Origin: a virus
Taxonomy: Duplodnaviria; Caudoviricetes
Strand: one strand, 5' to 3'
Length of the DNA stretch: 47,198 nucleotides
Virus record (IMG/VR): IMGVR_UViG_3300021476_000007
Coordinates: 1 to 47,198 of that record
The translations under genes and the position numbers were made by a program. Position 1 is the first letter of the stretch, and each line of letters starts with the position of its first letter. This document shows positions 35,607 through 45,244 of this stretch, one piece after another. A model generated the notes under the pieces. That model was given only the letters and a program-made list of their open reading frames with translations. It searched no databases and was not told the DNA's origin.

Positions 35607-36835
35607 TGGGCTATCCCTTCAACTTCCAGCAGGCGCCGACCTACGTCCTGCCGGTGGACGCCGACGCGAAGGACCCGACGTTCAACGAGATCTGGCTGGA
35701 CTGGTTGTTGCGGCTCGCGGCCAACGTGAACAAGGCGGCGATCTACCACAACAACTTCCTCGGCATCCAGGGCGGGGATGGGGTTGGGGGTGCCGTGGAT
35801 CGGCATCTCAAGGGGACGGAGCGGGCCCTGCTCATCGGCGCTGCCGCGAACGACGCCACGTCGCTGCACAACCACTACGGCACCGCCATCACCGTGCCGA
35901 CGCTCGGGGCCTCCCCGCAAACCTTCACCAATACCACGAATTATGTGTGGTGGATCGTGGTGGATGACCCGTTCCAGGCGGTCAACAAGATCGAGTACCT
36001 GACCGGGGCCAACGCCTACAACTTCGGGTTCACAGATGGGATTTTCCCGGTGCAGCCCGGGGACTCGCTGCGTATCACCTACACCATCGCGTCGGGGCCC
36101 TCGTTCTTCAGCACTGGAGCCGCCAACTCCACGGCTGGCGGCGCTCCCGCGACCGTCACTACGCCGGTCTCCATCCCGGTTGCCACACACCTCGCCCTCG
36201 TGGCGACCTGGACCACGGTAGGCAACGCACTCACCAACATCTCTTCGGTGACATGCACAAGCGAGAACAACCTCGTCGGGATGGGCGGCGCCCCCTGGGG
36301 CGGGCAATCGTCCTTCTTCGCCTCGGGCCTCAACCTCACCTTTCAATCCCAGATCGGCTTCCTGGACGGCTTGACCACCACTGCCGGAGCCAAGACCCTC
36401 ACCGTCACGATGTCGGGCGCTATCTCCACGATCCAAGTTGCGGTCCTTCCATTCCAGAACATCTACACCAACCCTGCGGCAGGGTTCAACAATACGACCA
36501 TCTCCGCCTCGGGGACGGGCCTGCTCACCGTCCCGCTGCCCACGTTCCGCTCTTCCAGCCTGGGCATGTGCTACTTCACGGAGGGCTTGACGCTGTCCAT
36601 CCCTGCGCCCTTCACCGACGCGACTCCGCAGGGGGACGTGGCTGTGGGCTCCTTCGTCGGCAAGACAGAGTACAGCCTCGGCAATCTCGCGGTCCCCAGC
36701 TCGGGCGTCACCTTCACCACGATGAAGGCCAACTACACCCCGGCAGGCAACACCGTCAATGGGATCGCCAGCGCGGCGGAGTTCCTCTCCTCAGGCGGCA
36801 CAACCGCCCCCGGCATCGTCATCCTCCAGAGGTGA
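35606..36835 (+). CDS. Tail-associated protein, paralogue 2 of 3, with inserted domain
   Basis: Same scaffold plus about 235 extra aa before the final strand. Confidence 0.7.
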   Translation: MGYPFNFQQAPTYVLPVDADAKDPTFNEIWLDWLLRLAANVNKAAIYHNNFLGIQGGDGVGGAVDRHLKGTERALLIGAAANDATSLHNHYGTAITVPTLGASPQTFTNTTNYVWWIVVDDPFQAVNKIEYLTGANAYNFGFTDGIFPVQPGDSLRITYTIASGPSFFSTGAANSTAGGAPATVTTPVSIPVATHLALVATWTTVGNALTNISSVTCTSENNLVGMGGAPWGGQSSFFASGLNLTFQSQIGFLDGLTTTAGAKTLTVTMSGAISTIQVAVLPFQNIYTNPAAGFNNTTISASGTGLLTVPLPTFRSSSLGMCYFTEGLTLSIPAPFTDATPQGDVAVGSFVGKTEYSLGNLAVPSSGVTFTTMKANYTPAGNTVNGIASAAEFLSSGGTTAPGIVILQR

Positions 36836-36836
36836 C

Positions 36837-37355
36837 ATGGCCCTCATCCTCCAATTCCCGCCGACGCACAACATCCTGATCGACATCGATCGGACGACGG
36901 AGCGGCCCACCTTCGACGTGCACTGGTTGAAGTGGTTCCTCGACCTCGCGAAGGTGCTCAACTCGAACTTCGGGATCAAGGTCACGCACAACACCCTCAC
37001 GGGGCTGGACGGCGGCGACGGTACGAACTTCTTCCACTTCTCCGCCGCACAGACTATTGGGATGTTGGGGGGCCGCTTGGCCGATGCTTCGCTCTTCCAC
37101 ACGCATCGGGGCGCCACGACCGTGGTGACGACGCCCGCCGTGGGTGCCTCCCCCGTCACGTTCACGAACTCGACCAGCTACACGCAGACCTACGTCATCA
37201 AGGGGGTCTCGGTCTCCCAGATTGCCTACGTCACGGCGGCGGCAACAACCATCGACCTCGGGTTCACCAACGGGGCTGTCACCGTCTTCCCCAACGACAA
37301 GGTGAAGATCACCTACTCAGGAGCGGCGCCAGTGGTGTATTTGATCTCTCGGTGA
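36837..37355 (+). CDS. Tail-associated protein, paralogue 3 of 3
   Basis: GAGGTG RBS before ATG at 36837; shared motifs. Confidence 0.65.
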   Translation: MALILQFPPTHNILIDIDRTTERPTFDVHWLKWFLDLAKVLNSNFGIKVTHNTLTGLDGGDGTNFFHFSAAQTIGMLGGRLADASLFHTHRGATTVVTTPAVGASPVTFTNSTSYTQTYVIKGVSVSQIAYVTAAATTIDLGFTNGAVTVFPNDKVKITYSGAAPVVYLISR

Positions 37356-37364
37356 TGGTATACT
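37356..37364 (+). promoter_or_regulatory. Possible extended -10 promoter for the ejection-protein genes
   Basis: TGGTATACT (TGnTATAAT with one mismatch) in the intergenic gap; no good -35. Confidence 0.3.
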
Positions 37365-37400
37365 TTCCTGGGGTAGAGCCCCTTTTGTGGAGTTTCTGAC

Positions 37401-38408
37401 ATGGCATCCGGTTTCTTTGGCGGGGGTGGGGGCGGCAACATCTGGGGAGACATTGGTGGAGTCCTCGGCGGGCTCGCCGGGCTGGCTCTCGCGCCCGAGA
37501 CGGGCGGCGCCTCCCTGGCCTTGGATGTGGGCCTCGGCAGCTTCGCCGGGGAAGCTTTGGGCCAAAAATTTTCTGGGGAAAAATTCAACCTGGGCACCGA
37601 CCTGACCGGCGCTGCGCTGGCGGGGGGCGGAGCCTTCGTGGGATCGGAGCTTGGGCTGATCCAAGGCGGCGGCGGGCTGGACAGCCTGTTCGGCGGCGGG
37701 GCCGCTCCAGCGGCAGCCCCCGGCGCGGCGACTGACCCCTTCTCCGTGATGACGAACAACGCCCCGACCAACCCCGTAGGTTTGGGCACCGGCCCGGCGG
37801 TTCCAACTGATGTGGGCACTGCAGGGGCAGGCGGCGGCGGAGGTAGCTTCTGGGACAAGCTCCAGCAAGGCGCAATCTCCAGCCTGACCCGCGACCCGCT
37901 CGGCCTCCTGTTCAAGGGCGTCGGCACGGCAGGCAACATCTTGGATCAACGCGGGGCGGGCCAACTTGGCGCCATCTCCCGGGAGCAACTCACCAACCAA
38001 ACGAACATCGACGCGAACCGGCTGGCCTACATGCAGCAACTCTCCCAACTCCAGGCCAATCCCTCGCAGGTCTTCAACGACCCAGGCTACAAATCCCTGG
38101 AGCAGGCCAATCAACAGGCTGTCCAGCGCAACCTCGCGGCGGCTGGCTACTCAGGCAGCGGCAACATGGTGCTTGCCCTCGCCAATGCAGACCAGCAATT
38201 CGCCAACCAGTACCTCCAACAACGCGAAGGCCAACTCGCCACGCTGTCGGGACTGGGCTCGGCGCCGTCCGGAGTGGACGCGAAGAATGCTCTCCTGGCT
38301 GCGAAGTACGGGGACGAGGGGGACAACATGTGGAACCAACTAGGCCAGTTGTTCGGAAGCAGCACAGCCCGCCCCGGCACTGGAACCAACATAGCGGCAT
38401 TCGCATAA
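37401..38408 (+). CDS. DNA ejection / pilot protein
   Basis: Gly-rich hydrophobic N-terminus (LAPETGGASL), DPGY...QAVQRNLAAAGYSGSGN motif. Confidence 0.7.
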   Translation: MASGFFGGGGGGNIWGDIGGVLGGLAGLALAPETGGASLALDVGLGSFAGEALGQKFSGEKFNLGTDLTGAALAGGGAFVGSELGLIQGGGGLDSLFGGGAAPAAAPGAATDPFSVMTNNAPTNPVGLGTGPAVPTDVGTAGAGGGGGSFWDKLQQGAISSLTRDPLGLLFKGVGTAGNILDQRGAGQLGAISREQLTNQTNIDANRLAYMQQLSQLQANPSQVFNDPGYKSLEQANQQAVQRNLAAAGYSGSGNMVLALANADQQFANQYLQQREGQLATLSGLGSAPSGVDAKNALLAAKYGDEGDNMWNQLGQLFGSSTARPGTGTNIAAFA

Positions 38409-38417
38409 GGAGCCCCC

Positions 38418-39542
38418 ATGGCTAGCGGCAGCTTTATATCGGGGTATCTCCAAGGGGAGAAGACAGAGTCGGCGTTGGAGTTGCAGGACCTTGCTATGGA
38501 CAAGGACCGCGCTGCCTTGGCCGACGCTCCCAACGTGCACCGTCTCCACGCCGCCCAGGCGCAGGAGGCCGAACTCAAGCTCAGCAATCAGCAGACGCAG
38601 GCCCGCCTCATGGCGCAGTACGATGGCAAGCCTGTCGAGGGGGCGCCGGGCGTCACGCCGGATACCGACCCGATCGCGGCGCGCCTCTTCTCTGAGGCAT
38701 GGCTGTTGCAGAAGGGCGGGCAGTTTGAAGCTGCCGACAAGCTTTACCAGCAAGGCACGCAGCGCGAGCATGTGGTCCAGCAGATCCAGCAGAGTGCCGC
38801 CGCCGCCCGCCACACGAACATGGAAACCCAGGTCGGCCAAGCCGAGTTCCTGGGCCGCTTCGTGGACAACCTCGACGCGCAGTCGTGGGACATGTATCGG
38901 ATGCAGGCGAAGATGACCAATGTACCTGACCCGATGGGGCTGTACGATCGCCCGTGGAGCCCGGAGCTTCAGCGGCAACTCAAGGATGGGTCGATGAAGG
39001 CCGTGGACAAGGCGCGGTTGGAGCAGACCAAAGCCCGCGACGACGAGACCAAGCGAAACCACGATCGTGAGGCCCAAGACCGGGAACGGCGCACCCGCGT
39101 AGCGGAAGATCGCGAGCGGCGCATCAAGGACGAGAAAGATGCCAAGGCGCAGGCGGGTAATGACAAGGCACCCACCAAGACGGAACAGTCCGACGCGGCA
39201 GGACTCATCAAGCAGTACTTCCCCAACCTCGAGGCAGGGGCGATGGGGCAGGCCGCTTTCAACGTCGCGCAGGAGGCCAAGCGCATCCGGGAGATGAACC
39301 CAAACCGCACGTGGGAGGAATCCATTGCAACCGCCCTCGCCGTCGAGAAGGACTCAGGCTTCTTCAAAGGTAAGAACGATGAGGCGTCCTATGAGACGGG
39401 CCTCGACAAGGACCACGCCATGGATGCAAGCCAAATCAAATCCCCCCTCCTGCTCAAGCCTGGGCGGTTCTACTCGGGCAAGTTCGGCGGCAAGTCGGCT
39501 GTCGCCCGCTGGAACGGCAAGAACTTCGTGATCGAGCAGTAG
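38418..39542 (+). CDS. Internal virion / ejection protein
   Basis: TAAGGAG RBS; FISGYLQG N-terminus; helical, Gln-rich. Confidence 0.6.
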   Translation: MASGSFISGYLQGEKTESALELQDLAMDKDRAALADAPNVHRLHAAQAQEAELKLSNQQTQARLMAQYDGKPVEGAPGVTPDTDPIAARLFSEAWLLQKGGQFEAADKLYQQGTQREHVVQQIQQSAAAARHTNMETQVGQAEFLGRFVDNLDAQSWDMYRMQAKMTNVPDPMGLYDRPWSPELQRQLKDGSMKAVDKARLEQTKARDDETKRNHDREAQDRERRTRVAEDRERRIKDEKDAKAQAGNDKAPTKTEQSDAAGLIKQYFPNLEAGAMGQAAFNVAQEAKRIREMNPNRTWEESIATALAVEKDSGFFKGKNDEASYETGLDKDHAMDASQIKSPLLLKPGRFYSGKFGGKSAVARWNGKNFVIEQ

Positions 39543-39543
39543 C

Positions 39544-42500
39544 ATGGCGGAACAGACGGTCTCCTTCGAGGAGTTCGCGGGCGGCTCAGCCCCGGACCCC
39601 TCCGACCCACTCAAGCCCAGCGAGGCCGACCGCAAGGCGTCGATCGCCCCCCAGGTCTCGTTCGAGGAGTTCACCAAAGCTGCCCCCGCCGCGAAGTCGG
39701 GGCCCTCTATGAAGGAGGCCCTCAAGGAGGGCACCGAAGACGTTGCGGGTGCCGCCGACTTCCTGCTCGGCGTCCCCGGCCAGATCGCGGGCACGATCAC
39801 CAAGTACGCGACGGACGTTGCCCTCGCCCTCGGGCACGACACTGGACTGCACGTTGGCCCCGAGAACAAGACCGTCGAGGAGACGGAAAAGACTGGCGAA
39901 TATGTCGGCAACGAGGTTGCCCGCCGCCTGTCCCCGAATTTTTCGGGCGTAGTCGCCAGCCTGTGGGGAGACGAGGCTGACGAGTCCATGATGGGCAAGG
40001 CCAACACGGCCCTCGGCAAGTCTGTCGATCAGGGTGCGGAGATGTACCACAAAACTACGGGGCGCCCCCCGGAGGAGTTCAAGCTCGTCGTTGACACCGT
40101 CATGTCAGCGCTCGGGGCCAAGGGGGCCAAAGTGACCGGGGAGGCCATCGGCGACCGACTCGGCGGCGCACCCCGCGAGACAGCGCCCGTGGACCAGCGT
40201 AACAAAGCAATCAGCCCGGAACCCGGCAGTGGTGGCCCCGGCGGCTTCGATTGGAGCCACGGCACTGCCGAGGGCGAGAAGCCCATCCCCGGCGAGGGAG
40301 GCAAACCCGGGCCCCAAGCCGCCCCCGACCCGCGCACCCCGCTCCAGAAGACCATCGACAACTCGCTCGGCATCCAGACGCCGCTCACCCCGCAGGAACA
40401 GGTTGTCCGCCACGCCGCCCTCACCAACGTCTTCGCTGCGGCGGGAGACTATGACTCCATCCTGGCAATGGAAGGGGAGCGCGCCGAGGCCACCAAGGTC
40501 GCCGAGGCCAACGCCGTCAAGAATGCGCAGCGCATGGCCGAGGCTCGCAAGGCTGCCCGGGAGGAACGCGCCGAGGAACGCGCCGAGGACACGCTCGAGG
40601 GCGAAGTCGCTGGCCGCGCCGAGGGGGAAATGGGACGCCGGGGCCGCGAAGCCTTCGCCGCCGACACCGCGGAGCGCATGGACGCCCGCCGTGCTCAGGA
40701 AATGCGAGAGGACTTCGCCAAATCCAAGGAGGATCTTGCCGAAGGGACGCAACGCATGCGCGAGGCGGAACACGAAGCCGCTCGGACCAAACGCATGCAA
40801 GACGACTCCGTCACGGCGATGGAGGAGCATTACGCCCGACAAGCTGTTGAGGCGGCGGACGCCCGGGCCAAGCCCATCAGCCCCTCGCGCTTCCGTGACA
40901 TCATCGAGATCTTGAAGAAGCCTGCGGGGGAACGCACCCCGGAGGAACGCAAGGCGCTGCGCAACGCCGTCATCGAGACCGGCAAAGTCATGGGCGTCGC
41001 AGCGATCGGCGCCGGGGCATACGCCATGTTGCCCCCGGATGACAAGCAAGGCGGGGCGACCCTCGCGGCACTTGCGGCCCTCCCTCTCACCCGGCACGGG
41101 GAGATTGCCCTCAAGGACGGCGGCAAAGCCGCGATCGAGCACACCCGCCAGAGCGCCTACGACGCCTTCGTCGCCAAGGACGCGGGCGGGAAGACGATGG
41201 GCTACCTCAAGCTCACGCCCTCCGAGACAGGCATGGTTCCGGAAGTGTGGGTGGATCCTGCCCGCCGGGGCAATCGGGTCGCCTCGGGCCTCTACGACAA
41301 GGCCCGCGACGCAGGCTACACCATCCGCGACGACACGCACCGCACCCCAGAGGGGGAACGGTTCCGTGCGAAGTACGACGCGGAGCGCAACCTGGACTTC
41401 TCGGGGCAGCGCGGTTCCATCGACCCCAAGGTCCTCTATGGACTGGCAGCGGGCGCGGCGGGCATCACCGTGGGCAGCTACATCTACCACGAGACCAAGA
41501 ATCCTTGGCTGGCGCTGAGCGGCGGCTTCCTCACTCCCCGCATCGGCGCAACCGTTGTTGCTCTCGCCTCGCGAGTCAAGGGCACACCTCTGGAGAAGGG
41601 GATGGCCCGTCAAATCGGCGATGAACTCCACAAGCGAGACATGCAGATCTCCGAGAAGGCAATGGAGATGCTGCGCTACGTGGAGACCAAGATCGCCAAG
41701 GAGGTCCCCGATTACCAGCAGCACGCCGAGCGCATCTACCTCTCCTACGGCGACAAGTCCATAAGGCTCTCTACCCGCGAGCAGGAAATCAAGACCAAGT
41801 ACGTGGACCCGATCCTCGCGGGCAACGAGGCCATGCGCCAGACCCTCAAGGGGCTTGGTTACGAAGTGGGCCCCGACGTGCCTGACTATATCTCCCGCAT
41901 CGTCAAGGGGAAGTCTGGCTTCCTCGACCGCGTGAGCAAGGCGCTCGACTCCTTCGACGCCCCGGCGACTCGCTCGCTTGGCACGTCCCCGCCCGTTCTC
42001 AAGGCCCGCGACGCCCTCGCGATGGAGACTCCAACCGGGGCCCGCGAGGTCATCACCAAGCGGAAGGGCGGCGGCTATACTGTCTGGCGTAACGGTCGCC
42101 AAGTCGGCATTACCCAAGCGGCCAAGCAGGGAGCTGTGAAATGGCAGGGCCGAGACTACACGGTCGGCCAAGGCACCGTGCGCGAGATCGAGTCGCACAC
42201 CGACATCCGCTACCACCACGACCCCATCGTTGCCGCGATGGAGGCGAACCAGCAACTCGCCCGGGCCCTCTCCAACGCCCAGGCCATCGAGAACATCAAG
42301 AACCTCCCGTCCTTCGACAAGATCGGGGCCAAGATCGCCGATGCCCCGGCGGAGTGGGTTGGAGTGTCTATTCCACAATTCAATAACTACCGTTTCGCCC
42401 CGCATGTCGCATATACGCTGCAAGATTTCTCTGGGGAAGTGGCCCGGGGCGTGGGCAACGGGCTTGGCAAAATCTCCCGCCTCATCACCGGAGCCATGTT

Positions 42501-43584
42501 CTGGGACCCGCTTCCCCACTTGTGGAACGTCGCGACCCACTCCTTCGTGGAGCGCGGCCTGTCCCGCTGGACAACGCCGGGCGGCTATATCGACTTGGCG
42601 AAGACCTCCTTCCGTGCTTGGAAAGCCGTCACGGAACAGAACTCGGACTACATGAAGTTCATGCATGAGGGCGGCGGGCTGATGTACCCCAAGGTGCTCT
42701 TGGAGAACTTCCAGGACCGCGCCATGAAGGCCCTCGGCACCCAACCACAGATGGGCCTCGTCGCCAAGGCATTCGGCTACGCCGACGCAGGCAAAATGCT
42801 GGACGCCGTCTACCGCTTCTCCCGGCATATCCTGTGGGGCGGCAATGACATCATGATGATGCAAGCTTACTTCGAGAAAGAGGCGATGCGCCCCAACATG
42901 TCCCCGCAAGAGGTCATCCGCGAGGTAGAGAAGCACATCCCGAACTACCGCATCCCGGGCACCGTAATGGGGTCGCGAATCGCGTCGCAATTACTCCAGA
43001 ACCCGCTCGCCACTGCCTTCGGGCGGTACGACTACGGACGGCTAGCCTCCTACGGGCACCTGATGGGAGATATCATCAAGAAGAACGTCGCCCCTGCTGA
43101 CCGCCTCAAGGCCATGGACCAAGTCGCCGCCCTCGCGGTCCTCGGACTCGTCCTCTACCCCATGCTCGGCGACGCGATGGCGCGGGCCATCACCGGCAAC
43201 CAACACGCCACGGCGCAGCGCTTCGGGGCCGCGACCATCCCCCAACTCGTCTACGAATACTTCCACAAGGACAAGGACCTGAACGAGATCTTCTCCTCCG
43301 CCTTCCCCTCGAGCCCGCTCATCACCAGCGCGGTCGAGGCCATGAACGGACACGAAGCCTTCACCGGCAAGACAATCACCAAGAAGGACATCCCGCGGTG
43401 GGTCGCCTCGAAGGTCCAGCCGCTTGGTGAAGCCTTGAAAATGATACAAGGCAAGGAGACCGGGTCTCAGTTTCTCGCTAAATCCGTCGGCATCAAGTCG
43501 CCGAACGAGAAGCAAGTCGCTGCTGCCGAAAAGCGCCGCGAGAAGCGGAAGTCCGCTGGCGGCGACACTTACAAGCCCTACTGA
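39544..43584 (+). CDS. Large ejection (polyvalent) protein with an internal GNAT-like domain
   Basis: 1346 aa helical protein, third in the ejection cluster; VWVDPARRGNRVASGLY acetyl-CoA-binding-like motif. Confidence 0.7.
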   Translation: MAEQTVSFEEFAGGSAPDPSDPLKPSEADRKASIAPQVSFEEFTKAAPAAKSGPSMKEALKEGTEDVAGAADFLLGVPGQIAGTITKYATDVALALGHDTGLHVGPENKTVEETEKTGEYVGNEVARRLSPNFSGVVASLWGDEADESMMGKANTALGKSVDQGAEMYHKTTGRPPEEFKLVVDTVMSALGAKGAKVTGEAIGDRLGGAPRETAPVDQRNKAISPEPGSGGPGGFDWSHGTAEGEKPIPGEGGKPGPQAAPDPRTPLQKTIDNSLGIQTPLTPQEQVVRHAALTNVFAAAGDYDSILAMEGERAEATKVAEANAVKNAQRMAEARKAAREERAEERAEDTLEGEVAGRAEGEMGRRGREAFAADTAERMDARRAQEMREDFAKSKEDLAEGTQRMREAEHEAARTKRMQDDSVTAMEEHYARQAVEAADARAKPISPSRFRDIIEILKKPAGERTPEERKALRNAVIETGKVMGVAAIGAGAYAMLPPDDKQGGATLAALAALPLTRHGEIALKDGGKAAIEHTRQSAYDAFVAKDAGGKTMGYLKLTPSETGMVPEVWVDPARRGNRVASGLYDKARDAGYTIRDDTHRTPEGERFRAKYDAERNLDFSGQRGSIDPKVLYGLAAGAAGITVGSYIYHETKNPWLALSGGFLTPRIGATVVALASRVKGTPLEKGMARQIGDELHKRDMQISEKAMEMLRYVETKIAKEVPDYQQHAERIYLSYGDKSIRLSTREQEIKTKYVDPILAGNEAMRQTLKGLGYEVGPDVPDYISRIVKGKSGFLDRVSKALDSFDAPATRSLGTSPPVLKARDALAMETPTGAREVITKRKGGGYTVWRNGRQVGITQAAKQGAVKWQGRDYTVGQGTVREIESHTDIRYHHDPIVAAMEANQQLARALSNAQAIENIKNLPSFDKIGAKIADAPAEWVGVSIPQFNNYRFAPHVAYTLQDFSGEVARGVGNGLGKISRLITGAMFWDPLPHLWNVATHSFVERGLSRWTTPGGYIDLAKTSFRAWKAVTEQNSDYMKFMHEGGGLMYPKVLLENFQDRAMKALGTQPQMGLVAKAFGYADAGKMLDAVYRFSRHILWGGNDIMMMQAYFEKEAMRPNMSPQEVIREVEKHIPNYRIPGTVMGSRIASQLLQNPLATAFGRYDYGRLASYGHLMGDIIKKNVAPADRLKAMDQVAALAVLGLVLYPMLGDAMARAITGNQHATAQRFGAATIPQLVYEYFHKDKDLNEIFSSAFPSSPLITSAVEAMNGHEAFTGKTITKKDIPRWVASKVQPLGEALKMIQGKETGSQFLAKSVGIKSPNEKQVAAAEKRREKRKSAGGDTYKPY

Positions 43585-44888
43585 TGAAACTCTTCATCCT
43601 CGACACGGATGGTGTCGGACTCAACATGGCGATCAAGGCCCAGGACGCGGGGCACGAGGTTCGCCTGTTCTACAACAAAGGCCCCGGGGGCAAGGAGAAT
43701 TGCTCCGGGGACGGGCTGGTGAACAAAGTCGATGAATGGAAGCCTTCGATGGATTGGGCCGACCTCATCCTGCTCACCAACAACTCGAAATACACCGAGG
43801 AGCTGGAGCGCTACTTCGAGCAGGGCTACCCCATTGTTGGGGCCAACAAGGCATCCGCCGAGTTGGAGTTGGATCGCGGCAAGGGGCAGGAAGTTCTTGA
43901 GGAGCATGGCATCGACATCCTGCCCTACCACGTTTGTACGTCGTGGGACGAGGCGATCGACTATGTCCGGTCCCAGCCGGACGGAGTGGCCTGCAAGCCC
44001 TGGGGCGGCATGGACGACAAATCCCTCACTTTTGTCGCGGCGGATGCAGATGAGGCAGAATATATCCTCAACCGTTGGAAGAGCGAAGGCCGCAAGTGTG
44101 GCAAGCTCATGTTTCAGGAGAAATGCGATGGACCAGAAATGGCTGTCTCAGCTTGGTGCGGACCTCACGGCTTCAATCGAGAAGTTAACGAGTCTTGGGA
44201 ACATAAAAAGCATCTCGTTGACGATCTCGGCTGCAACACTGGAGAGCAAGGAACCGTTGTTCGATACGTGGCACGAAGCAGTCTATTTAATCGCGTCCTC
44301 AAACCGCTGGAAGATTACTTCGTGGAATTGGGGTACTGCGGGAACGTGGACGTTAACTGCCGAATTGATCTCGACACCGGAACTCCCTATCCCCTCGAGT
44401 TCACCATCCGCTTCGGGTGGCCCGCCCAAAACATCTTGATGTGCTTACACCAAGGCGACCCTGTGCAATATCTCCTCGACCTCCGCAACGGCAAGGACTC
44501 GCTGCGAGCGAAACGAGACATCGCTGTGGGGATCGTGATGTCGCATGGGCACTACCCCTTCAAGTCGAACCGGCCTGAGGATGTGGGCTACCCAATCCGG
44601 GGCTGGCACGTAGGCAACTGGGACTGCGTCGCGTGGACCTCGGTGTGCATGGGCTACGCCCCCATCGGCGGGCGCGAGTCGCGCACTCTCACCACGGCAG
44701 GGGACTACGTCTGCGTAGTCACGGGAACGGGACAGACTGTTAGTCAGGCCAACCGCAACGCCAATGCCCTTGCCAAGGACATCAAGTGGCCCAGTAATCG
44801 GGGCTACCGCACCGACATCGGCAAGCGGCTGAAGAAGGAACTGCCCGTGCTGCAGTCCTTCGGCTACGCGACTGGGATGGAGTACTGA
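43584..44888 (+). CDS. PurD (GAR synthetase)-like ATP-grasp ligase
   Basis: ELELDR, QEKCDGPE, EHKK...GCNTGEQG, LEFTIRFGWP, YRTDIG align with PurD motifs. Confidence 0.82.
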   Translation: MKLFILDTDGVGLNMAIKAQDAGHEVRLFYNKGPGGKENCSGDGLVNKVDEWKPSMDWADLILLTNNSKYTEELERYFEQGYPIVGANKASAELELDRGKGQEVLEEHGIDILPYHVCTSWDEAIDYVRSQPDGVACKPWGGMDDKSLTFVAADADEAEYILNRWKSEGRKCGKLMFQEKCDGPEMAVSAWCGPHGFNREVNESWEHKKHLVDDLGCNTGEQGTVVRYVARSSLFNRVLKPLEDYFVELGYCGNVDVNCRIDLDTGTPYPLEFTIRFGWPAQNILMCLHQGDPVQYLLDLRNGKDSLRAKRDIAVGIVMSHGHYPFKSNRPEDVGYPIRGWHVGNWDCVAWTSVCMGYAPIGGRESRTLTTAGDYVCVVTGTGQTVSQANRNANALAKDIKWPSNRGYRTDIGKRLKKELPVLQSFGYATGMEY

Positions 44889-44889
44889 C

Positions 44890-45237
44890 ATGGGACGCGG
44901 CCCGTGGGACTACTACGAACCAGGGAGCTACAACGCCGTCTGCTACGAGTGTGGGCGGAAGCGGAAGTTCTCCTACCTGCGCCTGCACTGGCAGGGTTAC
45001 TACGTCTGCCCGGAGCACTGGGAGCCCCGGCACCCGCAGGACTTCGTGCGCGGCGTGCAGGACATCCAGACTGTCCCCGTGGCGCAGAACGTCGAGTCCG
45101 TCTTCACCGCCTTCTGCACGCCCTATGGGCTCTCCGCTGTGAGCGGGTGGGCCGTGTCGGGCTGCATGATCTCGAACAACGTCCCCTCGTGGTTGCAACC
45201 CTTGCTCGGCACCGCCCCGGGCGCCATCATCCCTTGA
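44890..45237 (+). CDS. Conserved phage Zn-binding hypothetical protein
   Basis: YNAVCYECG...VCPEHWEPRHPQDFVRG. Confidence 0.7.
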   Translation: MGRGPWDYYEPGSYNAVCYECGRKRKFSYLRLHWQGYYVCPEHWEPRHPQDFVRGVQDIQTVPVAQNVESVFTAFCTPYGLSAVSGWAVSGCMISNNVPSWLQPLLGTAPGAIIP

Positions 45238-45244
45238 GATAATC

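Noticed and set aside
35037-37355. Diversity-generating retroelement acting on the tail paralogues
   Set aside because: No reverse transcriptase and no near-identical template/variable repeat pair; similarity is at the protein level only
40105-42990. 961-aa minus-strand ORF (also 31984..34215)
   Set aside because: Antisense shadow of clear plus-strand structural genes
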